From a virus: a stretch of 64,000 bases of DNA. The stretch lies in the IMG/VR virus record IMGVR_UViG_3300050021_000500, positions 19,915 to 83,914 of that record. One strand, 5' to 3'. Made by a program: the position numbers and the translations under genes. Positions 26,861-35,775 of the stretch are shown here, piece by piece. Under the pieces are notes generated by a model that saw only the letters and a list, made by a program, of their open reading frames with translations, had not been told where the DNA came from and did not search any database. Positions within the stretch are counted from its first letter, which is position 1; each line of letters starts with the position of its first letter.

Positions 26861-27087
26861 GCACTCCCCGACTGAACTACCGGACACCGGGACCTGCCGC
26901 CACCTGCCAGTGCGGCGCCTGCAAATGCTGCAATGCCCGCCAATCCAATCGCCGGTGCTATCTCACGCACAAAGCGATAATCGTGCCAAAAAACAGCGAG
27001 ACCAAACGGAGACGGAACTGCCTTAGCCCCAAAGTCTCTGATGCGGAACTCGACCGCAGAGCCCTTGCTATGGGAGGCTGCGGATGA
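26857..27087 (+). CDS. Small Cys-rich protein
   Basis: CQCGACKCC. Confidence 0.6.
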   Translation: MSTPRLNYRTPGPAATCQCGACKCCNARQSNRRCYLTHKAIIVPKNSETKRRRNCLSPKVSDAELDRRALAMGGCG

Positions 27088-27341
27088 ATTCAACCGGCAG
27101 AAAGCGATCAACGGAGACGCAACTTCGAGAGGTGAAGCACGACTTGAAACTAGTGAGAGCCTCGATTGCCCAACTTCGACAGGAGGTTGAACAGCGCCGC
27201 CGGATCGGCGCTCAGATGGCAAACTTCTGTTTCAACCTGGGCCAGGAGAACACAAGCCTCCCAAGCGATTGGTCGCGCGCCAAGGCCACCATGCGCGACA
27301 TGCAGGCCAACTGGGACGCGATCAAGATGCAACCCTCATGA
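27084..27341 (+). CDS. Hypothetical coiled-coil protein
   Basis: ATGA overlaps. Confidence 0.65.
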   Translation: MNSTGRKRSTETQLREVKHDLKLVRASIAQLRQEVEQRRRIGAQMANFCFNLGQENTSLPSDWSRAKATMRDMQANWDAIKMQPS

Positions 27342-27601
27342 CCATCCGCGAACTGGCCATCCGCCGCGTCCAGCAGTGCGGTATGAGCGCACGAGAGGCT
27401 GCGCTGATGCTTGAAGGCTTCGCCCGTGGGCCAGGCCGCGACATCAAGTTTAACGATTGTGTGCAATCGCTATCGGAGACGCTGGCCCAGCGCATCGATC
27501 AGGCTGCCATCGGCTACCGGATGCGCAATGGGATACCCCAACCACCTGTCGAAACAGCACCTCACGATGGCAAGATGCTGGCTACCGGAGAGACGACATG
27601 A
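27338..27601 (+). CDS. Hypothetical protein
   Basis: ATGA overlaps; ends HDGKMLATGETT. Confidence 0.6.
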   Translation: MTIRELAIRRVQQCGMSAREAALMLEGFARGPGRDIKFNDCVQSLSETLAQRIDQAAIGYRMRNGIPQPPVETAPHDGKMLATGETT

Positions 27602-27930
27602 CGGAGAGAATGCCGGACGTATTTATTGGCGTTATAGACGATGTGAAACATGCAATCGCGTTCGCCCGGATGATCCAGCCGGCCTACCAGCGACAGCAAT
27701 GGAAATGGATTGCCGGCGGATTTAAGCGGGTTCCGACCGTCGCCGATATTGCCGAGACGATTGAGTTACTCGCTCGCGGAGTAGCCGATGGAGAAGCATT
27801 CGCTTCCACCGGAGGATTGACGGTGCGACGCGGAAATCGCCTCTATGTCAGTCCAGTGCTGAAGCCGGACAAACTGGTCTTCAGGCAGCGTGCGCAGAGG
27901 CTGTTGGCCAATGGGGAGACAACATCATGA
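27598..27930 (+). CDS. Hypothetical protein
   Basis: ATGA overlaps. Confidence 0.6.
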   Translation: MTERMPDVFIGVIDDVKHAIAFARMIQPAYQRQQWKWIAGGFKRVPTVADIAETIELLARGVADGEAFASTGGLTVRRGNRLYVSPVLKPDKLVFRQRAQRLLANGETTS

Positions 27931-28760
27931 CGGAGAAAATGTCGAAGGGTTCCGCGCGGAAGGGCGAGTTGCCCGCCCTCCCGCCAGCCCAACCGTCGCC
28001 CGCAAAGCCGGGCGCTGGGCCGGCTCTAGAGAATACCGTCCTGATCCTGCGTACATGCAGTGCCGACATGCTGAGCCACGGCGGCTTTCGGTGGCCGGAG
28101 AGCGGCCCAGTGGAGGTACCTGACTGGAATCCAAAGCATGTATGCGGCGGTGGCTTGCACGGTCTGCTGTGGGGTGAGGGCTCCGTCTCGTACCTCAATT
28201 TGGATGAGTTGGCCAAGTGGATCGTGTTCCGCGCCCAGATGGCCGATTTGGCGCATGGCACCGGCGAACTGATCGACAAGTGTAAGGCCCGCGCGGGAAC
28301 GGTGGAATACTGCGGATGTCGCGACGGGGCAATCAGCTACCTCATGGCCAATGGTGCCGCAGGAAAAGCGGTTGTCTTCGGCACGGCGACGGCGGGCGAC
28401 AGCGGCACGGCGACGGCGGGCTACAGCGGCGTGATTACCATCCTGTACTGGAATGACAAGCGCTATAAGGCTCGCATCGCGCAGGTCAAGGACGAAGACG
28501 GATACGGCGAGCTGGAGCCCAACACGCCGTATAGGCTGAACGTTCAAGGGAACTTTACCAGAGCCGATGCTGCGCCGCGCTCTGGCGGCGACGGTAGCAT
28601 CGGCGGCGTGGAGCGAGCGGGGACGGGCACGGTAGAACAGCCACGGAGCCTTTCTCCGTTGAATCCTACCGGGGATATTTTTATGATTGCTGACATCATC
28701 TTTGCATCTGGTTGGCTGGTAGTTGGACTGGCTCTAATTTTCAGGAGACGCCTGCGATGA
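27927..28760 (+). CDS. Phage protein with TATAG repeats, fused in frame to L2 and R2
   Basis: Core LRTC..SHGGFRWP.SG.VE.PDW..CGGGLHG.LWGEG; TATAG twice. Confidence 0.8.
   Translation: MTEKMSKGSARKGELPALPPAQPSPAKPGAGPALENTVLILRTCSADMLSHGGFRWPESGPVEVPDWNPKHVCGGGLHGLLWGEGSVSYLNLDELAKWIVFRAQMADLAHGTGELIDKCKARAGTVEYCGCRDGAISYLMANGAAGKAVVFGTATAGDSGTATAGYSGVITILYWNDKRYKARIAQVKDEDGYGELEPNTPYRLNVQGNFTRADAAPRSGGDGSIGGVERAGTGTVEQPRSLSPLNPTGDIFMIADIIFASGWLVVGLALIFRRRLR
27930..28027 (+). repeat. Hairpin end element L2 (pair 2)
   Basis: ACGGAGAAA...GCCAGCCCA ACCGT CGCCCG CAAAGC CGGGCG C TGGGCCGGC TCT. Confidence 0.9.
28560..28659 (-). repeat. Hairpin end element R2 (pair 2)
   Basis: Minus strand: ACGGAGAAA...GCCGATGCT ACCGT CGCCGC CAGAGC GCGGCG C AGCATCGGC TCT. 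Confidence 0.9.
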
Positions 28761-28960
28761 TTCTGAACGAAAACACCGCCTCGCATCCCTTCTACCAGCC
28801 GAACGTCCGCGTTCGCACGCCGAAGCAAGTACGGCCCCACTCTACGGTGGCCACCGGGGACTGTCCGGGTAATCCCGAAGGAAGATTCGAATGGATGCGC
28901 CGTCGGCAGAAGTGGAAGCGAGAACAGAAGAGGCTGAGGAGAATATCCAATGCAGTTTGA
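28757..28960 (+). CDS. Small basic hypothetical protein
   Basis: ATGA overlap; GGAG RBS. Confidence 0.5.
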   Translation: MILNENTASHPFYQPNVRVRTPKQVRPHSTVATGDCPGNPEGRFEWMRRRQKWKREQKRLRRISNAV

Positions 28961-29411
28961 ATTTGAAGGCGAACTTTACCGGATCGCGTTCCACCACCCG
29001 GTCCCCACGGATTTGTACTACCACGCAGGCCACGAGGCGCAGCTCGTGCGCGACTCCACGAACCAAAAGCCAGGGCACGGGCCGATGCGAATATTCTGCG
29101 CGGAGTGCGAAGCGCGTACTCATCACGAGGTGCAACTCTTCCCCGCCCCGAAAAACAGGGGCGTCGAGTGCGGGATCTACATGGCCCATTTCGGCGAAAA
29201 CTCGAAGCCGGAATGGAAACTCATAACTCGCGGCGTTGCCAGGCTGAACCGGAAAGCCAAGGACCAGTACACGCGCGAGGGGGGGCGTGTGGCCGCGCTC
29301 AATAATGCGCTCTCTCGCAGCCACTGGGAAGCTGGGGAGTTCTGCGCCGCGGTGGTGACGGCATACAACAGGCGCAAGGATTACCGGGCGCAGGCTGGGG
29401 TGACCCTGTGA
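28950..29411 (+). CDS. Hypothetical phage protein
   Basis: GVARLN..KDQY.REGGR.AAL.NAL; GAGGAG RBS. Confidence 0.7.
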   Translation: MQFEFEGELYRIAFHHPVPTDLYYHAGHEAQLVRDSTNQKPGHGPMRIFCAECEARTHHEVQLFPAPKNRGVECGIYMAHFGENSKPEWKLITRGVARLNRKAKDQYTREGGRVAALNNALSRSHWEAGEFCAAVVTAYNRRKDYRAQAGVTL

Positions 29412-29971
29412 CACCTATCCAGTACGCGATCGCTAAAGTGAACAAGCAACGCGCCAGAAAGGGGCTGGGACCGGTTCCCAACACCATAGAAAAACCCGCG
29501 CTCCCGCTAAATGCAGACGCCCCGGCGCCGTCGACGGAGGCCACGCGACCGAGCAAGTCGCGGGCATCCGTAAATTCCTACGATATGCACCTTTCTGACA
29601 AGCGGGCGAAGAGGACAGTGCCTCCCCTCTACGATGCAGTTGAGCCGAAACCCAAAAGCGAGAGGAAGCCTTGGGGCGGCGCCGCAATGTCGAAAGACGA
29701 GGAGAACAGGCTGCGCGCGGTTCTCGCGGCAGACCGCTTGATCGAAACCCGCAATTTTATAAATTCCGCCCAATACGAAGCGCAGCTCGTGCAGGAAGCC
29801 GAAGACGAAGCCCGGCGGCGCCGGATTGCGCGGTGCGAAGAAGAGATCCAGCGCCTGGAGGCGTTGCCCGCCAATATCAAAGACCGGGCGTACCTGGTCG
29901 CTATGGGCACCGAAGACTGGCGAGCGGAGAAAGTGCTGGAAGAGTACGGGCCACGAGAGGTCACCCAATGA
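29408..29971 (+). CDS. Hypothetical protein
   Basis: GTGA/ATGA overlaps. Confidence 0.7.
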   Translation: MTPIQYAIAKVNKQRARKGLGPVPNTIEKPALPLNADAPAPSTEATRPSKSRASVNSYDMHLSDKRAKRTVPPLYDAVEPKPKSERKPWGGAAMSKDEENRLRAVLAADRLIETRNFINSAQYEAQLVQEAEDEARRRRIARCEEEIQRLEALPANIKDRAYLVAMGTEDWRAEKVLEEYGPREVTQ

Positions 29972-30372
29972 CGCACGCCGATGCAGCGCGCGCGTATGCC
30001 GCAGCCTACGCCAAAGCCAGCGACGCCCAGTTGATGAATCCGCCCGATGCGATTCGCGCGCATGCCCTGGGCATCTCGATTCCAGAAACATCGCCATTAT
30101 CGACCGTGGAGTATACGTGTCCGGTGGTACCGGACAGCCGGACATCCGGCGACAGCCGGTCCTACAACCATGACGGATGCGTCACGAGATGGTTGCAGGA
30201 ACGGGATGCCCGGGAGCGGGCCGAACGGGCAGCGTCCGACTGGCGCGAGGCCGCCAACGACTGGTGCAACCGGGCTGAGAGGGCGCGAAAAAGAGTTCGC
30301 GCTCTGACCTGGGTGACTTGCCTGGCTATCTTTGCGGCGGGTCTGGCATGGTGGATCAATGCCCATCCGTAA
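29968..30372 (+). CDS. Hypothetical protein with C-terminal TM helix
   Basis: ATGA overlap; hydrophobic C-terminus. Confidence 0.65.
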   Translation: MTHADAARAYAAAYAKASDAQLMNPPDAIRAHALGISIPETSPLSTVEYTCPVVPDSRTSGDSRSYNHDGCVTRWLQERDARERAERAASDWREAANDWCNRAERARKRVRALTWVTCLAIFAAGLAWWINAHP

Positions 30373-30940
30373 GGAGTTTCGGAAGTTCTACCGCGGTGCC
30401 GCCTGGAGGGATGCGCGGCACCGCATCCTCGCCCGGGCCGGTGGGAAGTTCAATCTCTCGGGCAACTACCTGGGATCAGCCAGGTGCGAGGCCTGCGGGA
30501 AGCCAGATAGGACGAGGGTTGAAACGTTCAGCGATCACGCCATGGGCTTCCTGGGGCACCGCGGCCTACCGGTGATGTTCTGGCGCACCGCAGGATCACC
30601 CTGGCGCGATTGGGATGGCGTGGACGACGGCCAGGACCACCGTAATCACCCGCATCTTGTGCCCGAAGGAGATGGTTGCCTCGTCGCGAATACCGATTTG
30701 CGCGCTTTCTGGGTGGCTGAAAGGAAAGCCATGAAGTCCCGCGTCTGGTTTCTCTCTACTCCTCACGCCACGGGCGCCTGTGCGACTTGTACGGCGCCCG
30801 CCAGGGGCTTCGACTCCCAGGCAGTGACCCGATGCTGTGGGGAGTGCGAGAAGGGCTGTCAGTGCGGCTTCCAGGCCCGACAGCGGGAGATTGTACGTGA
30901 GATGCCAATTCAGCACAAGGCGAGGAGGGCTACGGCATGA
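30359..30940 (+). CDS. Phage protein with HNH-type N-terminus (possibly chimeric)
   Basis: MPIR..Y..W...R.RILARAG..CEACG; no clear HNH core follows. Confidence 0.6.
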   Translation: MPIRKEFRKFYRGAAWRDARHRILARAGGKFNLSGNYLGSARCEACGKPDRTRVETFSDHAMGFLGHRGLPVMFWRTAGSPWRDWDGVDDGQDHRNHPHLVPEGDGCLVANTDLRAFWVAERKAMKSRVWFLSTPHATGACATCTAPARGFDSQAVTRCCGECEKGCQCGFQARQREIVREMPIQHKARRATA

Positions 30941-31167
30941 AGTCCGAAATCGAGAAACTATCCGCGCTGGTGGAGCGCCAGCGGCAGACCATTGCGCGCC
31001 TGTCGGCTCCCGGCATCGAGCGGGCGCCCTGGTTTTACGCGCCCTGCTCCAACTGCGGAGCCATCGAAGGCATGGGGCTGACGACGCCAGAAATCGATGG
31101 GGCGCGAAAGCCCGGATACAGCTCGCTCTGGTGCATCCGGGTGTTTTGGTGTTGGTCAAGTTGCTAA
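30937..31167 (+). CDS. Hypothetical protein
   Basis: ATGA overlap. Confidence 0.45.
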   Translation: MKSEIEKLSALVERQRQTIARLSAPGIERAPWFYAPCSNCGAIEGMGLTTPEIDGARKPGYSSLWCIRVFWCWSSC

Positions 31168-31237
31168 ACCGCTGTAAGCCGCGGGAGATTGTTCGCGAGA
31201 TGCCAATTCAGCACAAGGCGATGCCGGAGGTAAAGCG

Positions 31238-32116
31238 ATGACGACAGAAGAAGCTGTACAAGCGATCACGGTGGCGCTGGATCGCCGGTGCTGCCATCAG
31301 TGCCACGGCGCGGGGACGGTTAGCGTGATGGGTGGGCAGGTGTTCGAGACGGATTCGGATGAAGAGGCCCAACTGGCGTACCAAACTGTGGCTTGCCCGA
31401 CATGCATCAAGGTCCGAGCCGACGCTCTCGCCGCGCTGGAGGAGATGCGGAAGGACTCGGAGCAAACGGCAGAAGAGCCGACGCATATCTACCACGCTTG
31501 TGGCTATATCGATGAGGGCGGTCCTGGATTCCCTTGCACAAATTCTGTTGAGCTTGGGAAACATTGTGAAGGCCATACAGATCCGGCAGAGCAGAAGACC
31601 GCTAATGCCGACGCTGCCATCGAACAGGCCGAGGATGAGCATATACGACGATTTGGCGGCGAATGGGGAGATGAGCATACGGAAGATCGTAAGGCTTGGG
31701 CGGCACAGAGGGCTGGGGCCGCTTGCCAGTGCCCGGCGCGGATAGCGATCCGGTTATTTCTATCCGGGCTCGCGCCAGCCTCCCTTGGTAGACAGATGTA
31801 TTTTTTGAAAGATCGGACGGAACTTGAATCCGCCCTCTCCGCCCGCTGCCCATGCTGCGCGGAGCGGGATGAAGCGATCCACACGCGCAGCCTGGCTCAA
31901 GCGGCGAGCACGCGGGATCTGGAGGCGAAGCGGGCAGTGGAAGAAAAATTACGGCTTGCGCTGGACATAAATGACCTCCTGCGGGCGCGGGTGCCGTTGG
32001 AGCCTGGCGCGAACACAAATACGGCGCCGGTAAATCCGCTATTGGTGGGGACTAATGCGCCGAAAGCGTTAAAGCCGCAGGGCCTGGCGGGCATTGAGAG
32101 CGGAGGGAAAAGCTGA
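31238..32116 (+). CDS. Mosaic Cys-rich hypothetical protein
   Basis: CHQCHGAG..CPTC; GGAGG RBS. Confidence 0.65.
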   Translation: MTTEEAVQAITVALDRRCCHQCHGAGTVSVMGGQVFETDSDEEAQLAYQTVACPTCIKVRADALAALEEMRKDSEQTAEEPTHIYHACGYIDEGGPGFPCTNSVELGKHCEGHTDPAEQKTANADAAIEQAEDEHIRRFGGEWGDEHTEDRKAWAAQRAGAACQCPARIAIRLFLSGLAPASLGRQMYFLKDRTELESALSARCPCCAERDEAIHTRSLAQAASTRDLEAKRAVEEKLRLALDINDLLRARVPLEPGANTNTAPVNPLLVGTNAPKALKPQGLAGIESGGKS

Positions 32117-32805
32117 TGCCTGAGAAGTTGCTGAAGCCCCCCGCGCTGAGGAGCGACCCGCTCGCGATCCCGCCGGCCCAGCCGTCGTCCGCAAAGCCGG
32201 GCGCTGGACCGACTCTGAGCCATGAGGAGTTGCGGAAACGTGCAGTCCAGTGGTTGACCAATACCAAGCGCTGTGGCGTCGTCTTGTCGGAGATCGTTAC
32301 AGGTTGCTCCGAGATCCCCGACGCCATCGGGTGGCGCGGCCACACCTCCTACATTGTGGAATGCAAAACAAGCCGTTCCGACTTCCGTGCGAATAAAACC
32401 AAAATTCACGCGCGCTGTAACCGTGGCGTCGGACAGTTCCGCTACATCATGGTGCCGAGATGCCTGACGGATCAGGTATTGAAATCAGAAGCGCCGGTAC
32501 GGCCTGAAGACCTGGAAGGTTCGGACTACGGATTACTCTGGTGCTCGGCAGAATCCGGCACGGTTCGAGTGATGAAGGAAGCGACCGTGCGCGAACAATG
32601 CCAGGATGACGAGATCACGATGCTAGTGTCGGCATTGCGGCGCGTGCGCGCAAGAGAGTTCTTAATTCTTGTCCAAGAAACGCAGCAGGACTCCAGAGCC
32701 GATGCTGCGCCGCGTTCCGGCGGCGACGGTAGCATCGGCGGCGTGGAGAGAGCGCCCCGAACCACAGAGCAACCCGCCCCAGCACCTTCTCAGGAGAACG
32801 CTTAA
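32116..32805 (+). CDS. PD-(D/E)xK-fold phage protein fused in frame to L3 and R3
   Basis: EIPDAIGW..IVECKTSRSDF..G.G.FRY. Confidence 0.8.
   Translation: MPEKLLKPPALRSDPLAIPPAQPSSAKPGAGPTLSHEELRKRAVQWLTNTKRCGVVLSEIVTGCSEIPDAIGWRGHTSYIVECKTSRSDFRANKTKIHARCNRGVGQFRYIMVPRCLTDQVLKSEAPVRPEDLEGSDYGLLWCSAESGTVRVMKEATVREQCQDDEITMLVSALRRVRAREFLILVQETQQDSRADAAPRSGGDGSIGGVERAPRTTEQPAPAPSQENA
32119..32216 (+). repeat. Hairpin end element L3 (pair 3, slightly degenerate)
   Basis: CCTGAGAAG...GCCGGCCCA GCCGT CGTCCG CAAAGC CGGGCG C TGGACCGAC TCT. Confidence 0.85.
32695..32794 (-). repeat. Hairpin end element R3 (pair 3)
   Basis: Hairpin nearly identical to R2; outer end CCTGAGAAG matches L3. Confidence 0.9.
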
Positions 32806-33057
32806 ATGCACTGTGAACACATGAACTTGCCCGGCGGTGGTTCCGTCATCGTCTGTGGGCCGAAGAAGGCAACGAAGAAATGCTCGGTATGTGGAAGGGG
32901 AAGCCGGGAGTATCGGCTCTGCGACTTCCCAATGCAGGCTGGGAAAACTTGCGACCGGATCTTGTGCCCAGCATGCGCAACGCACCAGAAACCGAATCTT
33001 GATTACTGTCCTCAGCACGCGGCGCTGTTGACGCCGGAAGGGAGACTGAAGCTGTGA
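32806..33057 (+). CDS. Small Zn-finger protein
   Basis: CSVC..LCD..TCD..LC..C..DYCP.H. Confidence 0.75.
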   Translation: MHCEHMNLPGGGSVIVCGPKKATKKCSVCGRGSREYRLCDFPMQAGKTCDRILCPACATHQKPNLDYCPQHAALLTPEGRLKL

Positions 33058-33257
33058 CGGATGTTGAATTCTTCGAGCAGATTGCCAACCAGGCGGAGAC
33101 CGTGCGCCAAGAGGTGCGGGCGCGGAACGTCCCCGGTGATGCGAGTATCGGCGTGGAGATGCTGTGCTACTACCTCCGCGAGGTGCACAATAAGGCGCTG
33201 ATGGCAGCCCGGCGGATCGAGGAAGTAGCGGCGGTGGCCAAGGCTGCGGGGGATTGA
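33054..33257 (+). CDS. Hypothetical protein
   Basis: GTGA overlap. Confidence 0.6.
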   Translation: MTDVEFFEQIANQAETVRQEVRARNVPGDASIGVEMLCYYLREVHNKALMAARRIEEVAAVAKAAGD

Positions 33258-33262
33258 AACAG

Positions 33263-33643
33263 ATGAGCAAGATTCCTGAGAAACCGGTGAGCGAGTATGT
33301 CCCTTCTCCAGGCCGTGCCGACGCTCCTGGAAGCGGGCGAACCCGCCTGATCGGAGCCCTGGTCCCAACTTTCCAGGTCGAGTGCGGTATGTGCGAACGC
33401 CACTCAATCGGCACGATCGCGGACGGTGTGGACTACGCGGCAAATAGTAAACGAGTGGCCGGACGGATACTGCGCCGCGCGGGCTGGGGCCGGTCCTCCG
33501 TCTGGGGGTGGATTTGCCCCAGGTGCGTGAAGGTCGGTTGCGCCAGCCGACAGCCTGGATTCGAGCCGCACTCGATCAAGAAAAGCGAACCACGCTCCCC
33601 CAACTGTTCACTAATGCCGGAGACTATACCGTGCCTAGGCTGA
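33263..33643 (+). CDS. Hypothetical Zn-ribbon protein
   Basis: CGMC..GW..WICPRC. Confidence 0.55.
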   Translation: MSKIPEKPVSEYVPSPGRADAPGSGRTRLIGALVPTFQVECGMCERHSIGTIADGVDYAANSKRVAGRILRRAGWGRSSVWGWICPRCVKVGCASRQPGFEPHSIKKSEPRSPNCSLMPETIPCLG

Positions 33644-34347
33644 AATCCTGGATTTCGCGGGTTCCTTATATTCTGGAACAACTTAACTCGGTTACCCCGA
33701 CCGTCTATACCAGGCGGGAAGTGGAGCAACTGTTCACTATCCGAAAGGTGAAAGCCATCGATTTGATGCGCGTTGCCGGCGCGAGGATTGAGCACGGAAT
33801 GGAGGCGGAAGTCACCCGCGAGAACCTCAAATTCTACGTCGAGCACTGCCCGGAGGCGATCTCCTATTACGCCGAGCAGGCCCGCCGAAAGCGGATGGCG
33901 AGGGATCTGCTGGAGAAGGAATCGGCGCGGGACGCTATTGTCCGGTTCAGCCAGATGATTGCCAGCCGGCTGAAGCCCGCAGACCAACGCATCGAGTTCG
34001 ACAGCAAGAAACTGGCCGAGTGCCTTTCGATTGGCCCGGGGATTCTGACGCTCCGGTTTAGCGATTCCCACGACTTGGCCTACAAGATGGCTCTGCTGGC
34101 CATGGCAGGGCATAACGACGGCGAGACGCTCTGGGGAAAATGCGACCCACCGCGGGGAGTGCCCTTCGCCGGCGAACCGAAGTACACCCTGCTCAACCAT
34201 CCGTTCACCACGCACCCGACGTACACCGGCAAGGGATGCGCCATGTGCGGGAGGCCTGAAGCGGTTCATGTGGACATGACAGGCGCGCTCCGCTTGGCCA
34301 CCCCGGAAGAAAGAGCACGGATTATGTCAGAGGAGTTGGTGGCATGA
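33631..34347 (+). CDS. Hypothetical protein, possibly DNA-binding
   Basis: GTG start with GGAG RBS; ATGA overlap downstream. Confidence 0.65.
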   Translation: MPRLKSWISRVPYILEQLNSVTPTVYTRREVEQLFTIRKVKAIDLMRVAGARIEHGMEAEVTRENLKFYVEHCPEAISYYAEQARRKRMARDLLEKESARDAIVRFSQMIASRLKPADQRIEFDSKKLAECLSIGPGILTLRFSDSHDLAYKMALLAMAGHNDGETLWGKCDPPRGVPFAGEPKYTLLNHPFTTHPTYTGKGCAMCGRPEAVHVDMTGALRLATPEERARIMSEELVA

Positions 34348-35461
34348 GGGCACCGCTCTGCGTCGAACTGTTTGCTGGCCGATTTGGTTGGGGCCGCGGC
34401 TTTGTGTCTGAAGGCTTCCGAGTGGTCGGATTCGACATCGTTCACGAACCCTATCACGGTGAGGTTCCAAACGGCTGCCAACTCGTGCTTCAGGATGTGC
34501 TCACCCTCCATGGCTCACAGTTTAGGGACGCAACGTGCATCGTGGCTTCGCCGCCCTGCCAACGCTTCAGCTATATGGCGATGCCCTGGACGCGAGCGAA
34601 AGCACAAGCCGCTGAGATCCGCGCGGATAAAAGCGGCGCCGCGATGGCAGAATTGACTGCCTTGTTCGACTCTTGCTTCCGTATCCAGCACGAAGCCAGC
34701 GAAGCGGCTGGCCGCCATATCCCGCTGGTGGTAGAAAACGTGAAAGGTGCCCAACCTTGGGTTGGGAGGGCGAGGGCTCACTTTGGAAGCTACTATTTAT
34801 TCGGCGATGTGGAATCGGTTAGCGGCGCCATCGTGGCATCGGTTCCCCGGTTCGGGCAAGTGCTGCGCGTCAAGCGGTCGCAGAAATTCAACCCGGACGG
34901 ATCGCAGCATGGTCAAGGCTCATGGTTTGCCATTGCCGACTCCAAGAATAGGGGCGCGCAGAAACGTGATGGCCGCGACTCCCACGCCTTTGAAAACGGG
35001 CTCGAGTCATCACCGAGTTTCAACGGCGCGGAACATGAAACGCGGCACGTGAAAGTGCCGGGCATGAATTGGAGCGGGTCGGATCAGCCAGGATATAAGG
35101 CTGTATGTTTCCGAGATGAAGGCGCGCGGCAACGAAAGAACGACGGTGGCTCCTGGTTCGCAGTGGCGCACAATACCAAAAGCGGCACAGGGCAGAATCC
35201 GGTGAACGGACTGAAAACGGTCGGCCACGTGAACAAGCGAGATGGATTCGACCACACGCGACGCCTGACGAACCAGAGGGAATCGGACGCCGTGAAGCAG
35301 CATCTATCCGGGCCGGAGTGGGCGCGGCATCCGTATCCTCCAAATCAGACAGCCGCAAAGCGGCCTCGGCCATGATCGCGGAGATTCCCTTCGACCTGGC
35401 GCGATACATCGCGCGATGTTTCAAGCCCGCAACAGCGGGTAGATCGGAGACCACTGCATGA
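34344..35461 (+). pseudogene. C5-cytosine methyltransferase-like gene with a frameshift near 35320
   Basis: ELFAG, SPPCQ and VENV motifs. The C-terminal SKSDSRKAASAMIAEIPFDLARYIA is in another frame, whose stop overlaps the next ATG (35458). Confidence 0.7.
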
Positions 35462-35775
35462 CGCCCCAACAATTTGCCGACCGCATGAACCGGATGACGG
35501 GTGAGGAGATCGCCCAAGCGATGGAATCGCTGCCTACAGACGCGCTGGAGTGGGGTGTGAAGTTCGAGGCACTGGGCAACATGCCTGAAAAGCTGCCGAA
35601 GGGTTCCACGCTGAAACGTGACCCGTGCGTGATCCCGCCAGCCCAACCGTCGCCAGCAGAGCCCGGCGCTGGGCCGGCTCGGAAATACTGTAACTGCATC
35701 CACGGCACCGATGCCGGCCGGTACTGCGTGATCCGGCACGCTCCGTACTGCGCGCTCCATGGGGAGCACGCTTGA
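35458..35775 (+). CDS. Hypothetical protein reading through element L4
   Basis: Contains PEKLPKG..PPAQPSPAEPGAGPA. Confidence 0.6.
   Translation: MTPQQFADRMNRMTGEEIAQAMESLPTDALEWGVKFEALGNMPEKLPKGSTLKRDPCVIPPAQPSPAEPGAGPARKYCNCIHGTDAGRYCVIRHAPYCALHGEHA
35584..35681 (+). repeat. Hairpin end element L4 (pair 4)
   Basis: CCTGAAAAG...GCCAGCCCA ACCGT CGCCAGCAGAGCCCGGCG C TGGGCCGGC TCG. Confidence 0.88.
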
